Shown: piece by piece, positions 31,363-41,748 of the stretch
Position numbering within the stretch: the first letter of the stretch is position 1
How the letters are laid out: every line of letters starts with the position of its first letter
Assembly (NCBI GenBank): GCA_048939995.1
Contig: JBHLOY010000001.1
Location: 430,449-494,448, forward strand
Length of the DNA stretch: 64,000 bases
Source: Promethearchaeota archaeon
GTDB taxonomy: Archaea; Asgardarchaeota; Lokiarchaeia; Sigyniarchaeales; SOKP01
Direction: 5' to 3'
The notes under the pieces: generated by a model
What the model was told of the DNA's origin: nothing
Databases searched by the model: none
What the model saw: the letters and a program-made list of their open reading frames with translations, nothing else
Program-made: the position numbers and the translations under genes

Positions 31363-32163
31363 ATGATTGTATTAGAGGATTCCCTCTCTGAAGTAATAGA
31401 GGAATATCGTCCTTTAGAGATGTTAGGGATAGGTTTAGTTTCTATAACCCCCAGGAATCATAATATAATTTTTCATAAGGGAATTGGCATCCAACTTCTA
31501 AATAAGCTAGTTGCGTTATATAAAGGAGAAATAATTGAAAAAAGAGAAGGAATATTTATAGATTATTTAGGTTCTTTCATTGTCTATATTCATTTCTATG
31601 AAGTAGAAAAGGAAGTTTTTACTATTTTCTATCTCAATGAAAAAAATAAGTTAATTAAATATGAACGTTTATGTGCTCTCTCAAATATTATAATGACATG
31701 TTATTGTTCGAATATTTCTACTTTAGAACTATTTAGTGTTTGTAATAGGATTATTCCTTGCGTGAAAGGTATTTCAGCCATATTTATAATATATAGAAGT
31801 GGCCATTCTTTATTCACTAAAGTAAATAAGGAAAAAAAATTCTTAGCTGAAAATCAAATTCAAGTTAGTGGATTTATCTCAGCAATCTTGGCATTTTCTA
31901 AAGAAGTAATAGGGAAAGAATCTGGGGAAGGCCTCCAGGCAATTATTTTCGAGAATGAAAGATTTTTTGTCCATGTAAGAGATAATATAATTTTTGCTTA
32001 TCTTATTAATAAGAAAAAAGAATCTAAGAATTTGAAGAGATTTATAGAATTGATTGCTGATGAGTTTATGGAGCGGTTTGATAGTGATTTAAAAGATTTT
32101 AATGGAGATGTTACTTCTTTCAGCGAATTTGAAAAAGTTGTTGATAGTTATTTATTAATCTAG
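31363..32163 (+). CDS. Asgard longin-like domain protein
   Basis: C-terminal IFIIYRSGHSLF...VSGFISAILAFSKEV...EFMERF...FNGDVTSFSEFEKVVD, typical of lokiarchaeal longin-like domains. Confidence 0.7.
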   Translation: MIVLEDSLSEVIEEYRPLEMLGIGLVSITPRNHNIIFHKGIGIQLLNKLVALYKGEIIEKREGIFIDYLGSFIVYIHFYEVEKEVFTIFYLNEKNKLIKYERLCALSNIIMTCYCSNISTLELFSVCNRIIPCVKGISAIFIIYRSGHSLFTKVNKEKKFLAENQIQVSGFISAILAFSKEVIGKESGEGLQAIIFENERFFVHVRDNIIFAYLINKKKESKNLKRFIELIADEFMERFDSDLKDFNGDVTSFSEFEKVVDSYLLI

Positions 32164-32292
32164 ATGCCTAATTATGGTTTGATTCTCCTAAGTCATTCTA
32201 AAAAGGTAAAAGCCAAACTGAACGTGATCTCTATAGCTTTATTCTGTTCTTAGCAAAAATATATAAGCTTTTGAGATATAAAATATATAGTA

Positions 32293-32649
32293 ATGACGAT
32301 TTTAATAGATTTAGACTTAATTTTAAGGAACTTAATCAGTGAATTAGGATCGTCAGTTTACTTTATTTTAATATCTTCTGAAAACGGAGCTGTAATTAAA
32401 TCATATATAAATGAAGAAGAGTTTAATAAAGCGTCAATTTCTCTGAATATATCACAGCTTTATGAGTTGGCTGAAGATACTGCTGAATCTATTGGGTTAC
32501 ATGGCCCAGATTTTAATATTATTCATTCAGATAATTATTATATTTTATCAATCAAAATAATTGAAAAATTAATTATACTCTTAACGGCTGATCAAATAAG
32601 AGTTAAAGAAGTTTTCAAAATAATTAATAACTCAATAAATACTGCTTAA
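32293..32649 (+). CDS. Roadblock/LAMTOR-like protein
   Basis: 118 aa; helix-ILISSENGAVIKS-helix-three strands-helix pattern. Confidence 0.65.
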   Translation: MTILIDLDLILRNLISELGSSVYFILISSENGAVIKSYINEEEFNKASISLNISQLYELAEDTAESIGLHGPDFNIIHSDNYYILSIKIIEKLIILLTADQIRVKEVFKIINNSINTA

Positions 32650-32765
32650 TGCAAATAGTGAAATTACTTTCTAACCTCTCTATTTGAAAAATTCTAAAAA
32701 TTGTTAATTATTTTTCTGTTGTTGGTCTTATTAAACCTTACTTGGAAAAGAAAATAAATATCTCC

Positions 32766-33734
32766 TTATGGAGGGTACCTTAATTCATAGATACTTTTTC
32801 CTCCATTTAAAGGTCCTTTTATATAAGGCTCAACCTCTATTGGATCTCTTTGTGTTATCCCTTCAATGGGAGGCAATTTTCCAGGAGGGAAGGTCTTTAA
32901 GATATCATTAACCAAATTTTCTAAATAATCTAGAAACGCTTCCATTCCCGGTTTCCCCTTTTCGAAATTTGCTTTACTGGGACAGCCTACATGACCTTCT
33001 GGATATGCTGCAACCTCAATTGGTCCGAATCCAATTTGGCCATACCATCGAATTGGTTTTTGGTAAATATTTCCAGCCTTGTCCACGTGTCCTTCAGGCA
33101 TCCATCCAATGACTTTATTATCCTCACAGTTATCTATTTTCTTAACCATCTCTGGGAATAAAGTCATTGAAAAAGAAGTCTCCGCCTCATCCGCATGAAT
33201 GAAAGGAGTTTCAAAAGGACCTCCATGTTCTTTATCCTTGCAATACTCAGGAATAGCGTGATACCAATTTACATTACAAATAAGAGCTGGTAATTGATAA
33301 TTTTTTGCCCATTCATGAATAGCACTCGGAATGACATACTCTTGACCATGCCCATTTAATAAGATCATTTTCCTTAATCCCATATTCCAGCAACCGGCAA
33401 TAACTGCCCTCAAGAGCCCTTTAAATATTTCTTCTGGTACAATAATCGTACCTGGCATACCCATATGATGATAGGGATGAGATCCATACCAAATAGGTTG
33501 AGAGACAGTGCATCCAGTTTTTTGAGCAACTAATTCAGCCATTCTGGTTACCAAGAATGTATCCTCCCCAATACATGCCGCAGGTCCATGATTCTCAGTA
33601 GATCCCACAGGGATAATAATCACATCATTGTTTTTAATACGTTCTCTAATTTCAGCTATATTCATATTTTGGAGGTAGATTCCATCAGCAAGATCTAAAT
33701 GACCCCCTTTAGGGGGCAAATTCCATTTTCCCAT
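32766..33734 (-). CDS. iolN: 3-dehydro-scyllo-inosose hydrolase (creatininase family)
   Basis: PVGSTENHG, GEDTFLV, LNGHGQE, FIHADEAETS; N-terminus WNLPPKGGHLD resembles Thermotoga IolN as recalled. Confidence 0.8.
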   Translation of the reverse strand: MGKWNLPPKGGHLDLADGIYLQNMNIAEIRERIKNNDVIIIPVGSTENHGPAACIGEDTFLVTRMAELVAQKTGCTVSQPIWYGSHPYHHMGMPGTIIVPEEIFKGLLRAVIAGCWNMGLRKMILLNGHGQEYVIPSAIHEWAKNYQLPALICNVNWYHAIPEYCKDKEHGGPFETPFIHADEAETSFSMTLFPEMVKKIDNCEDNKVIGWMPEGHVDKAGNIYQKPIRWYGQIGFGPIEVAAYPEGHVGCPSKANFEKGKPGMEAFLDYLENLVNDILKTFPPGKLPPIEGITQRDPIEVEPYIKGPLNGGKSIYELRYPP

Positions 33735-33828
33735 AATTATTTCACTTAAGAAGTTAATTTTATTTTAAAACTTTTAATTTTAGCTTTCTGTTAAACTTTT
33801 TAATGAAGGCAAATAATAAAATAATTGT

Positions 33829-34641
33829 ATGTTACTCAGTATAGTTACTGGGTTGAATGAATCCAAGAGCCCTATTGAGGTTGTACTTAGGAAATTTAAT
33901 GATTTATGCAGATTTTTAAAACCACTCCATTATAAAGGGGTTGAGTTAAGTCTTTTAGAGCCCGAAAAAATTGAGGTTAAAAAGATATTAGAAATTATTG
34001 ACTCTTATCAAATGAAAATTCCAGCTTTAGGCACAGGAGCCACTTTTTTAAGATTTGGGTATTCCTTGGGAAGTGATAATGAGCCAATCAGAAAAAAAGC
34101 TATTGAGAGAATAAAGAAATATGTAGAGTTTGCTCGAGAAATAGAATCGAAAGTTATTATTGGGTTAATTAGAGGGCGCTATAGATTTGATAGCAATCCT
34201 AAAAAAGAACGATTAAATATAATTCACTCTTTGAAAGAGTGTTGTTGGATTGCCCATAATAATAATGTAGAACTTGTTTTTGAGCCAATAAACCAATTTG
34301 AGGTTGATTCATTCAATACAATCGCTCAATCTTTAGAATTGTTAAAGGAAATAGGTTCAGATAACTTAAAATTACTAATTGACACTTTTCATATTTATTT
34401 AGAGGAGGACTCTGGTTTTATATGGGAGGATCTAAAGGAAGTAGCACCTCTTGTTGGGCACCTTCATCTAGCAGATACAAATAGAAGAGCTCCCGGTAGT
34501 GGACATTTTGATTTTAAAACTTTTTTGGAAATTTTCAAGAGAAGTAAATATGATGGTTTTGCTTCAATTGAAACAATTATGAAACCGTCTTTTGAAGAGG
34601 TTGCTAGAAATTCATCAGAATATTTAAAGTTAGTTCTATAG
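33829..34641 (+). CDS. iolO: Sugar epimerase/isomerase (IolO-like 5-keto-L-gluconate epimerase)
   Basis: ALGTGA, VIIGLIRG, FEPINQFE, DTFH, HLADTNRRAPGSGH; next to iolN. Confidence 0.7.
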   Translation: MLLSIVTGLNESKSPIEVVLRKFNDLCRFLKPLHYKGVELSLLEPEKIEVKKILEIIDSYQMKIPALGTGATFLRFGYSLGSDNEPIRKKAIERIKKYVEFAREIESKVIIGLIRGRYRFDSNPKKERLNIIHSLKECCWIAHNNNVELVFEPINQFEVDSFNTIAQSLELLKEIGSDNLKLLIDTFHIYLEEDSGFIWEDLKEVAPLVGHLHLADTNRRAPGSGHFDFKTFLEIFKRSKYDGFASIETIMKPSFEEVARNSSEYLKLVL

Positions 34642-34714
34642 GGGGTTCAGAGTTTATTAAGTAGAAGGACTCTTAATAATTTCTAAATATTTATTCAAAA
34701 ATAATGGTGTTATC

Positions 34715-34981
34715 ATGACTAAAATTAAAGTAGAGGTTGGTAAAGTTAAAGGAACATGTCTTCATTCAATGAAAGAAGGTGATTTTTTTTATGTGGAGGA
34801 CTATAAAATTATAATCCCTGAGGGAAAACATGTATGCATATGGGCTTTAAATAGTCTATTACCCTTATTTCCTTTATTAATTGAAAAAGAGAAATTAGTC
34901 CAAGATCATTGGATTAATGATGCTCAATCAATGAATTATCCAGATGGAAAAGTTACCTATTTCTTTAAATATCTGGATTGA
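34715..34981 (+). CDS. TIGR04076-like small protein
   Basis: KVKGTC...KEGDFF...VCIWALNSLLP; terminal motif YPDG where CPD is expected. Confidence 0.65.
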   Translation: MTKIKVEVGKVKGTCLHSMKEGDFFYVEDYKIIIPEGKHVCIWALNSLLPLFPLLIEKEKLVQDHWINDAQSMNYPDGKVTYFFKYLD

Positions 34982-35018
34982 ATGATTCAAAAAATAAAAA
35001 AATTAAGGTGATTTAAAA

Positions 35019-36008
35019 ATTCAATGGAGGATTAAACGTATTTTTAACTTTTCAGATGAGAAGACTTGGAAGGATGGATATGCGCAATTTGGATTCCACG
35101 ATTATAAAGGGAATTTCTATATAATGCGAAATGAAGCGAGTTGGTTTGGTCAATTAACTAAGGATGATAATTTTCTTTGGACTGCAGGATCCACTAATCC
35201 CAAGCTCAGCAGTAAACATATTTTTTTCGATTTAAAAAATCCGATGTATATTTCAAGACATCATGTTGATAATTCATTGATTATCTCAAGTGGAGGAAAC
35301 AGAAGGATTTTTAAAATATTTCCTCAAGAGGAGAATGTTATAACATTTATAGATGCTGAGAAGTATGGATTGAAGGACATTGGTAATTGTGTCGTAGATA
35401 AGCAAGGAAATATTTGGATTAATGAAATTACTGGTTATCAATTATGGCAATTTGATTCCAACGGGAATAAATTGCAGGTATTAGGTAATGGGAAACCAGG
35501 ATTTCAAAAAGAACCTGCTAGTTTTGATAGTGTTCAATTTAATTGGATATATGATATTAGAATGGGATTTGATAATAACTTATATGTGCTTGATAGTGGT
35601 AATTTTGCCCTTAGAAAAGTTGATATAGAAAATTGTACAGTTAATCTGATAGCTGGAACAGGTAAGCCAGGTTATTCTGGTGATGGTGGATTTGCTACAG
35701 AAGCTACTTTTGGCTCTGATGTAAAACAACAATTTGATGGTCCCTGGGCATTATCAGTTGATGATGAAGGAAATATTTTCATAGGTGATACTCAGAATCA
35801 TGTTGTTCGGATAATAAACAAAAATGGAATTATCTCGACAATTTTAGGAAGTCCAAACTATATCCCATCAAAAAGAAATCTTATTAATGAAACTAATCCC
35901 TATAGAATAAATTTACCTAAAATCTGCAGTATGGATTACTATAATAATGAGTTATTTATACCAGAATGGGATGGTGATCTTATTATCTTAGAGAAAATTA
36001 AATCTTAA
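35019..36008 (+). CDS. NHL-repeat beta-propeller protein
   Basis: AGTGKPGYSGDGG, GPWALSVDDEGNIFIGDTQNHVVR. Frame open upstream of ATG 35124; probable ATT start 35019 after AAGGTGA. Confidence 0.8.
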   Translation: MQWRIKRIFNFSDEKTWKDGYAQFGFHDYKGNFYIMRNEASWFGQLTKDDNFLWTAGSTNPKLSSKHIFFDLKNPMYISRHHVDNSLIISSGGNRRIFKIFPQEENVITFIDAEKYGLKDIGNCVVDKQGNIWINEITGYQLWQFDSNGNKLQVLGNGKPGFQKEPASFDSVQFNWIYDIRMGFDNNLYVLDSGNFALRKVDIENCTVNLIAGTGKPGYSGDGGFATEATFGSDVKQQFDGPWALSVDDEGNIFIGDTQNHVVRIINKNGIISTILGSPNYIPSKRNLINETNPYRINLPKICSMDYYNNELFIPEWDGDLIILEKIKS

Positions 36009-36066
36009 TCCAATTATAATTAAGAATAAACAAAAAAATAAAAATAGAAATTTTAAAACACAAAAG

Positions 36067-36621
36067 TCATTTAACTTCTATTTTTTTTTTTTCCTTCTTC
36101 TCTGGTTCTTTCTTTGGAATTAATACTGTTAATATACCTTTGTCTAAGTTTGCTTCAATATTTTCTTCATCGATGTTTTCTGGCAAATGAAAAGCCCTAT
36201 AATAACTTGCTGAACTATATTCTCTACGAACATATCCTTCTCTTTCTTCCTTTTCTTCTTTTTTTTGCTCGCCTTTAATCTCTAAAAGACCATCATCAAA
36301 TGTTATTTGTATTTCTCCCTTGTCTAAACCGGGTAATTCCGCAGAGATCGAGAATCCATCTTCTGTTTCAGTGATATTAGAAAGTAGTGTTCTAAAAATT
36401 GGTGCTTCTTCCCATCTCATTGGAACAATTATTCTTCTTCTTCCAAAAGGCCAGAACCAATCATCAGCATCTCTCCACAAACTATCAAACATTTTATCCA
36501 TTTTTTGGAATAATGAGAATGGGCTTTCTTTTCTTATTGCAAGTTCACGGCTTTTTTTATCAGAAGCTTGTTTTTCTTCCTTTTTTACTTTTTTAACTTC
36601 TATTTTTTTATCATTTTCCAT
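36067..36621 (-). CDS. hsp20: Hsp20/alpha-crystallin small heat-shock protein
   Basis: AELPGL, YYRAFHLPE, ANLDKGILTVLIPK, C-terminal IEV. Confidence 0.93.
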   Translation of the reverse strand: MENDKKIEVKKVKKEEKQASDKKSRELAIRKESPFSLFQKMDKMFDSLWRDADDWFWPFGRRRIIVPMRWEEAPIFRTLLSNITETEDGFSISAELPGLDKGEIQITFDDGLLEIKGEQKKEEKEEREGYVRREYSSASYYRAFHLPENIDEENIEANLDKGILTVLIPKKEPEKKEKKKIEVK

Positions 36622-36837
36622 TTATTTCACCTCATAATTGTGTTAATTTTAATTTTAGAGATTTTGGTAATGATAATATTGTAAACCTTTAATTGACAAA
36701 AATCACCACACATATTTAATGTGTGTCGAATATCTCTTTAAAATGACACTGAAAAGGAAAATGTTAAATACTATTTCAGATTCTTTTTTATCTAATCAAA
36801 GTTATAAACTTTGTTAATTTTGAATCTAAATTAAAAC

Positions 36838-38016
36838 CTAATTAATTCTTACAGAAATTTTACAATTTTCTCTATCTGTTTGTAAAAGTTTTAAGTTATC
36901 TGGTACCATTTCTATTGATATTTCTTTAGTAATCATTGGAGTTAAATCCATTCCAGCCGCCATAGATGAAATAACATTAGGAAAATTACCATGTCCAGAA
37001 TGACCTTGAGCTCCAACTATTCTAGCGCGTTTAACTTGAAAGAATTCTCCACATACTGGCATTTTCTGTTCTGCTCGTGCTACAATTACTACTGTGCTAT
37101 TAACTGCTTTGCATTCCCATATTGAATTTTGAATTTCATCTGTAACTATATGAGGTAATCCTGTTGCTTCAAGATACAATGCCGCACCTTCGTTATCAGT
37201 ATACTCTTTCACTTTTTCTACGAAATTCTCTTCTTGAGGATTAATAATGTAATCTGCACCTAATTTTTTTGCTAAATTGGCTCTAGATTTATTAGGTTCA
37301 GATAAAATGCAGATTGCTGCTCCGGCTGTTTTCAAAATTTTGGTGGCTGCAATTCCAATTGGACCCCCTCCTAATATAATAGCGTTTTCACCAGGTCTTA
37401 TACCTCCACCCCTTTCAATTAAAGCATTATAAGCAACTGATGTAGGTTCTACTAAACTTCCTGGTTTATATACATCACTATATTTTCTTTCTAACTTTTT
37501 CAGACTCCAACAAAGTTTTGATGGAACAGCTATGTATTCTGCGAAGGCACCATCAATTGAAAATCCAATTTCCTGTAAACGTTCACAATGATTGGGATAT
37601 CCATCACAACAAGGTTTACACTCTCCACACCAAACCATCTCTTCCACGGTAACTGGTTCTCCTTTCTTAAACAATTTTCCAGTTCTCTTATTAATGGCAT
37701 GTTCTCCAAGATCTACTATTTCCCCAGCAAATTCATGACCAAGCGTAACTGGAAATGATGTTAAGCCAGGATAATAAATATAGCCGTCTTGATACGACTG
37801 AGCCATGTGAACATCAGATCCACAGATCCCGCATCTTTTTACTTTAATTAGTACTTCATTCGGTTTGATTTTGGGAATATCTTTCTCAATTATTCTTATC
37901 GATGGATATCTCCAAACTTGAGAGCCCAAATAAGTTAACTTCCCATCAATATCTTTTACCCCTAACTTAAAATTGGGTTTAGGGTTCCATTGTGCTGACA
38001 ATTCAACTGCTTTCAT
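36838..38016 (-). CDS. iolM: scyllo-inosose 3-dehydrogenase (Zn-dependent MDR)
   Basis: LTYLGSQVWRYP N-terminus, CGICGSDVHM, GHE, CGECKPC, GAQGHSGHG. Confidence 0.8.
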   Translation of the reverse strand: MKAVELSAQWNPKPNFKLGVKDIDGKLTYLGSQVWRYPSIRIIEKDIPKIKPNEVLIKVKRCGICGSDVHMAQSYQDGYIYYPGLTSFPVTLGHEFAGEIVDLGEHAINKRTGKLFKKGEPVTVEEMVWCGECKPCCDGYPNHCERLQEIGFSIDGAFAEYIAVPSKLCWSLKKLERKYSDVYKPGSLVEPTSVAYNALIERGGGIRPGENAIILGGGPIGIAATKILKTAGAAICILSEPNKSRANLAKKLGADYIINPQEENFVEKVKEYTDNEGAALYLEATGLPHIVTDEIQNSIWECKAVNSTVVIVARAEQKMPVCGEFFQVKRARIVGAQGHSGHGNFPNVISSMAAGMDLTPMITKEISIEMVPDNLKLLQTDRENCKISVRIN

Positions 38017-38108
38017 TTAATACATTACTCTTAATAGATCAATTAATTGAATTAATTTTGACTTAAAATAAAGTTTTACCAAGATAAAAAAAGAAAAAAT
38101 AAGATTTA

Positions 38109-39329
38109 TTATGTATTTTCTGGTCTGTCTTTTAGGAAAAAGGTTATTATAAATGCCACTAAAAGAAGGATTGCCTGAATGAGTAAGGCAGGCCAATAAT
38201 CTCCAGCAATCTTTACTTCTTCTAAGCTAAGGATAAAAAGGATTCCTCCTACTTGTCCAATCATCATCAGCATTCCATTAGAACTTGCTTCTGGAACCGG
38301 TTTGGTTACATCTACGGCATATTCCAATCCCACTGGTCCAGCAGATAATATTCCAAACCCTAAAAGAAACCCGAAAACAAGTAATAAGATATCACTCACT
38401 GTAAACGTAATAACGAACATAGAAATTGTGGCTATTATAAGGGAGATTAATAACAATATTTTTCGTTTTCTATATTTATCAGACAAAGTAGACATTATTA
38501 AGCATCCAATGATCCCTCCCAAGAGCATCAATCCACCAAGAATTCCCGCAAAAGTAGGATCATATCCACGAGGATCCACGATTCCTTCTACATATGTAGT
38601 TATTGTATTAAATATCCCTAAACCCAAGAAAAATAGAATGAAAAGGATGATGAAGTATCTATTCTTGAATAATTTCTTCAAGCCTTGCCCCATAAATGCT
38701 TTCTCTTCAACCGTTTCATTTGAAGGAGGGGTTGGGGGCTTATCTTTAACTATGATTATGAATATTATGCCAATAACTAGAGAACTAATTCCATAGATGA
38801 GTAACATTGGAAGAATATCAGGATTAAGCTCTGTTCCAAGTATTAAAAATGGAGTTATAAATAAGCCTATAGCAATACCAAGAAATTGTGATATCAATGC
38901 CAATCCAGTGGATGTAGTTCTTTCATTTTCAGGGAACCAATTTGCTGATAGTTTGGTGACGGCGTTTAGTACAAATGGCTGGCCTATTCCAATTCCAATT
39001 TGAAATAGTAAAACAAGAAGATAATCGTTAAATGCAAAGAATCTTAGAAGTCCAAATACACCCGCAATCAATGCTCCTATTCCCGCCCCAACTCTAAAAC
39101 CAAACTTATCGATTATCCACGTTGATAGAAACGTCACAGGGATATATACGACCATGAAGCTTAAGGCTAATAAATCAATTAAGAGTTTGTCGACACTATA
39201 AAACGTTTGGGCGAGACTGTTTATCGAGGCAAAACTTATCCATAAAATTTGTAAGCATATGTTTGTAACCATAAAAAGTAGCAAAACAACCCATCGAAAA
39301 CCATATACTTTTATATTTTCTTTACTCAT
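38109..39329 (-). CDS. MFS transporter (FLVCR/SLC49-like)
   Basis: KVYGFRWVVL, KLSANWFPENER, about 12 TM helices. Confidence 0.88.
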   Translation of the reverse strand: MSKENIKVYGFRWVVLLLFMVTNICLQILWISFASINSLAQTFYSVDKLLIDLLALSFMVVYIPVTFLSTWIIDKFGFRVGAGIGALIAGVFGLLRFFAFNDYLLVLLFQIGIGIGQPFVLNAVTKLSANWFPENERTTSTGLALISQFLGIAIGLFITPFLILGTELNPDILPMLLIYGISSLVIGIIFIIIVKDKPPTPPSNETVEEKAFMGQGLKKLFKNRYFIILFILFFLGLGIFNTITTYVEGIVDPRGYDPTFAGILGGLMLLGGIIGCLIMSTLSDKYRKRKILLLISLIIATISMFVITFTVSDILLLVFGFLLGFGILSAGPVGLEYAVDVTKPVPEASSNGMLMMIGQVGGILFILSLEEVKIAGDYWPALLIQAILLLVAFIITFFLKDRPENT

Positions 39330-39441
39330 AATATCAACAATTTTTTTAAGATATAATAATTGATAAATTATCAATTCAAGTTAAACTTAATAAAATTTAA
39401 ATCTTCAATTAAAATTTTAATTAAACGTTATAATGTATTAG

Positions 39442-40500
39442 GTGATTGATTTGGAGAAAATGATGGCTGCCGTCTTCCATAAAAATATTAATAGAGGAGG
39501 ATCTGTGAATTTAGAATATGTAGAAATACCAAAAATTTCCAAAAAGGACCAAGTATTGATTAAAGTAGAAGCGAGTGGAATTTGTGGTACAGATCTAAGG
39601 ATCATTGAGGGAGGGCATCCTGCTAATGATAATACTATATTAGGACATGAATTCACTGGAATAATAAAAGAATTAGGAGATAATATTACAGATTTGAAGG
39701 TGGGAGATAAAGTAGTTGTAGATCCTAATGAGAAGTGTGGTTATTGTATCAATTGTAGAAGGGGCTATTCAAACTTATGTGAGTATATGGCTTTAGGTAC
39801 GACCTTTGGAATATTTCAGAATGGAGGATTTGCTGAATATTGTGTTATTCCTAGGAGTGCAGTGTTTAAGCTTCCTAATGATATTGATTTAACCGCTGCT
39901 GCCTTGATAGAGCCTTTATCATGCGCAATACATTGTCATAATATCGCTGATATTAGAGAATCTGATAACATCGTAATAATTGGAGCTGGACCGATGGGTC
40001 TGATTATAGAATCAGTTGTTAGGAAACATCCCATTAAAAAATTGATTATCGTTGAAATAGATGATTGGCGAAGACAAAAGGCGTTAGACATAGGTGCAAA
40101 TAATGTGATAAACCCTCTTTCTCAAAATGTTAAAAATGAAGTCATGAACCTTACTGATCAGCATGGGGCAGATATTATTATAGATGCTGTTGGCCTTTCG
40201 GAAACATTTGAGATGGCATTGAATATCTGGGCTCCGGGGGCTAGATTAATATGTTTCGGACAAGATTATCGTGCTGAAGCAAAAATTAAACCTAATGATA
40301 TTGTTAGATATCAAAGAAAGATCCTGGGTTCCTACATAGGATATGCTGAAGATTTTTTAGATGCTATCGAAGTAATAGCTAATAATGTTATTGAAGTCGA
40401 CAAATTAATAACCACTGTAATACCCTTAGAAGAATTGGTGACTATTGGTTTTGATCTTATGAAAAAAAAAAACTGTGTTAAAGTGATTATTAAACCTTGA
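39442..40500 (+). CDS. Zn-dependent alcohol/polyol dehydrogenase
   Basis: GICGTD, GHE, CGYCINC, GAGPMG. Confidence 0.9.
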   Translation: MIDLEKMMAAVFHKNINRGGSVNLEYVEIPKISKKDQVLIKVEASGICGTDLRIIEGGHPANDNTILGHEFTGIIKELGDNITDLKVGDKVVVDPNEKCGYCINCRRGYSNLCEYMALGTTFGIFQNGGFAEYCVIPRSAVFKLPNDIDLTAAALIEPLSCAIHCHNIADIRESDNIVIIGAGPMGLIIESVVRKHPIKKLIIVEIDDWRRQKALDIGANNVINPLSQNVKNEVMNLTDQHGADIIIDAVGLSETFEMALNIWAPGARLICFGQDYRAEAKIKPNDIVRYQRKILGSYIGYAEDFLDAIEVIANNVIEVDKLITTVIPLEELVTIGFDLMKKKNCVKVIIKP

Positions 40501-40588
40501 CAAATTAGTGATTTTAAACTTTTTAATTACCCAAGCATTATTAATTTTTAAAAGAAGATATTTTTTAAAATCCTTAACTTGAAATAAG

Positions 40589-41140
40589 ATGTCTTATGAT
40601 ATTTCTGCTTTGAAAGTTTTAATCAAGAAAATTTTTCCACCTAAAGAGTCGGTATATATAGTTGATTCTAATGGAGATGGGACCATAGATTCTATAGTTA
40701 TTAAAGCGCTAAATGTTTTTATGCCGATTGAAATCCCAGAAAAAATTGAGATTGGAGGATTTAATTCTGAAAATTTTAATGTGAAAAATTTTGATTTATC
40801 TGAATATGGAAAACTGTATCTTGATGACAATCCAATAGATATCTCAAAAGTCGAATTTGAAGTTGAGAAACTAAAAGAAAGATTTTTCATATATCACAAA
40901 GGCGAAGAATTTAGAATAGATGACCTAATAAAGGGAAAATTAGCAGGAAGATTGATTGCATTAGGTGATACTATAGAAATTCTTATAAAAGTAGATAGAG
41001 AGACTATCACTAAATTTTCTGAGGGGAAGCACAAACTCGCACTAGAATCGGAATTAGTGCCGAAATTAGAATTTCACTTCGAATTAAATCATAAGAATAT
41101 GAATAAAAAATTAGATGAAGTTATCTCATATTTTAAATAA
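40589..41140 (+). CDS. Hypothetical protein with DxNxDG Ca-binding-like loop
   Basis: DSNGDGTID near the N-terminus. Confidence 0.65.
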   Translation: MSYDISALKVLIKKIFPPKESVYIVDSNGDGTIDSIVIKALNVFMPIEIPEKIEIGGFNSENFNVKNFDLSEYGKLYLDDNPIDISKVEFEVEKLKERFFIYHKGEEFRIDDLIKGKLAGRLIALGDTIEILIKVDRETITKFSEGKHKLALESELVPKLEFHFELNHKNMNKKLDEVISYFK

Positions 41141-41212
41141 TACTTTTTGATTCCATATTCTATTCTTCATTCTATTTTAAAGGAGTTTTTATTTTCAAAT
41201 CTAAAATAATTA

Positions 41213-41737
41213 TTGGGGAGATATATATTGGAAATAATTGAAGAAAAAGTAAATTCTCAAAATAATGAAATGACAATATCAATTAGATGTCCAGTTTGTA
41301 AACTAAAAAAAGACTTAAGATTTCCTAAATCTGTTATAAATCAAGCAAAGCAGCTTACTACAATATCTATTCCAAAAGATTTAATATGTGAACATCACTT
41401 CCAAGCTTTTGTAGATAAAAATTTTGTTGTACGTGGATATCAGAAAGTAGATTTTGAATATGAAGTTAAATTTAAAAACTCCTTACCGAATAGTAATGGC
41501 AGAGAATTTTCTGAATATATAGTTATCGAAGAAAATTACCTTGCTTCTAAGCCAAAAGATAATCAAATTATCATTGAAAGAAAAATTAGAAACAATTTCG
41601 AAAATCAATCGAAATTGAAGATGAATCGAGAAGATATTTACAATGAATTTTGGGATTTTATTGACGAAAAAAATAAAGATTTTCAAGATTTCATTAAAAG
41701 CGATAAGAGGCGAAGTAATTTAGAAAAATTCTATTAA
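41213..41737 (+). CDS. Zn-ribbon protein (lokiarchaeal family)
   Basis: CPVC...ICEHHFQAFVDKNFVVRGYQKVDF. Confidence 0.7.
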   Translation: MGRYILEIIEEKVNSQNNEMTISIRCPVCKLKKDLRFPKSVINQAKQLTTISIPKDLICEHHFQAFVDKNFVVRGYQKVDFEYEVKFKNSLPNSNGREFSEYIVIEENYLASKPKDNQIIIERKIRNNFENQSKLKMNREDIYNEFWDFIDEKNKDFQDFIKSDKRRSNLEKFY

Positions 41738-41748
41738 TTTTTTTTTAT

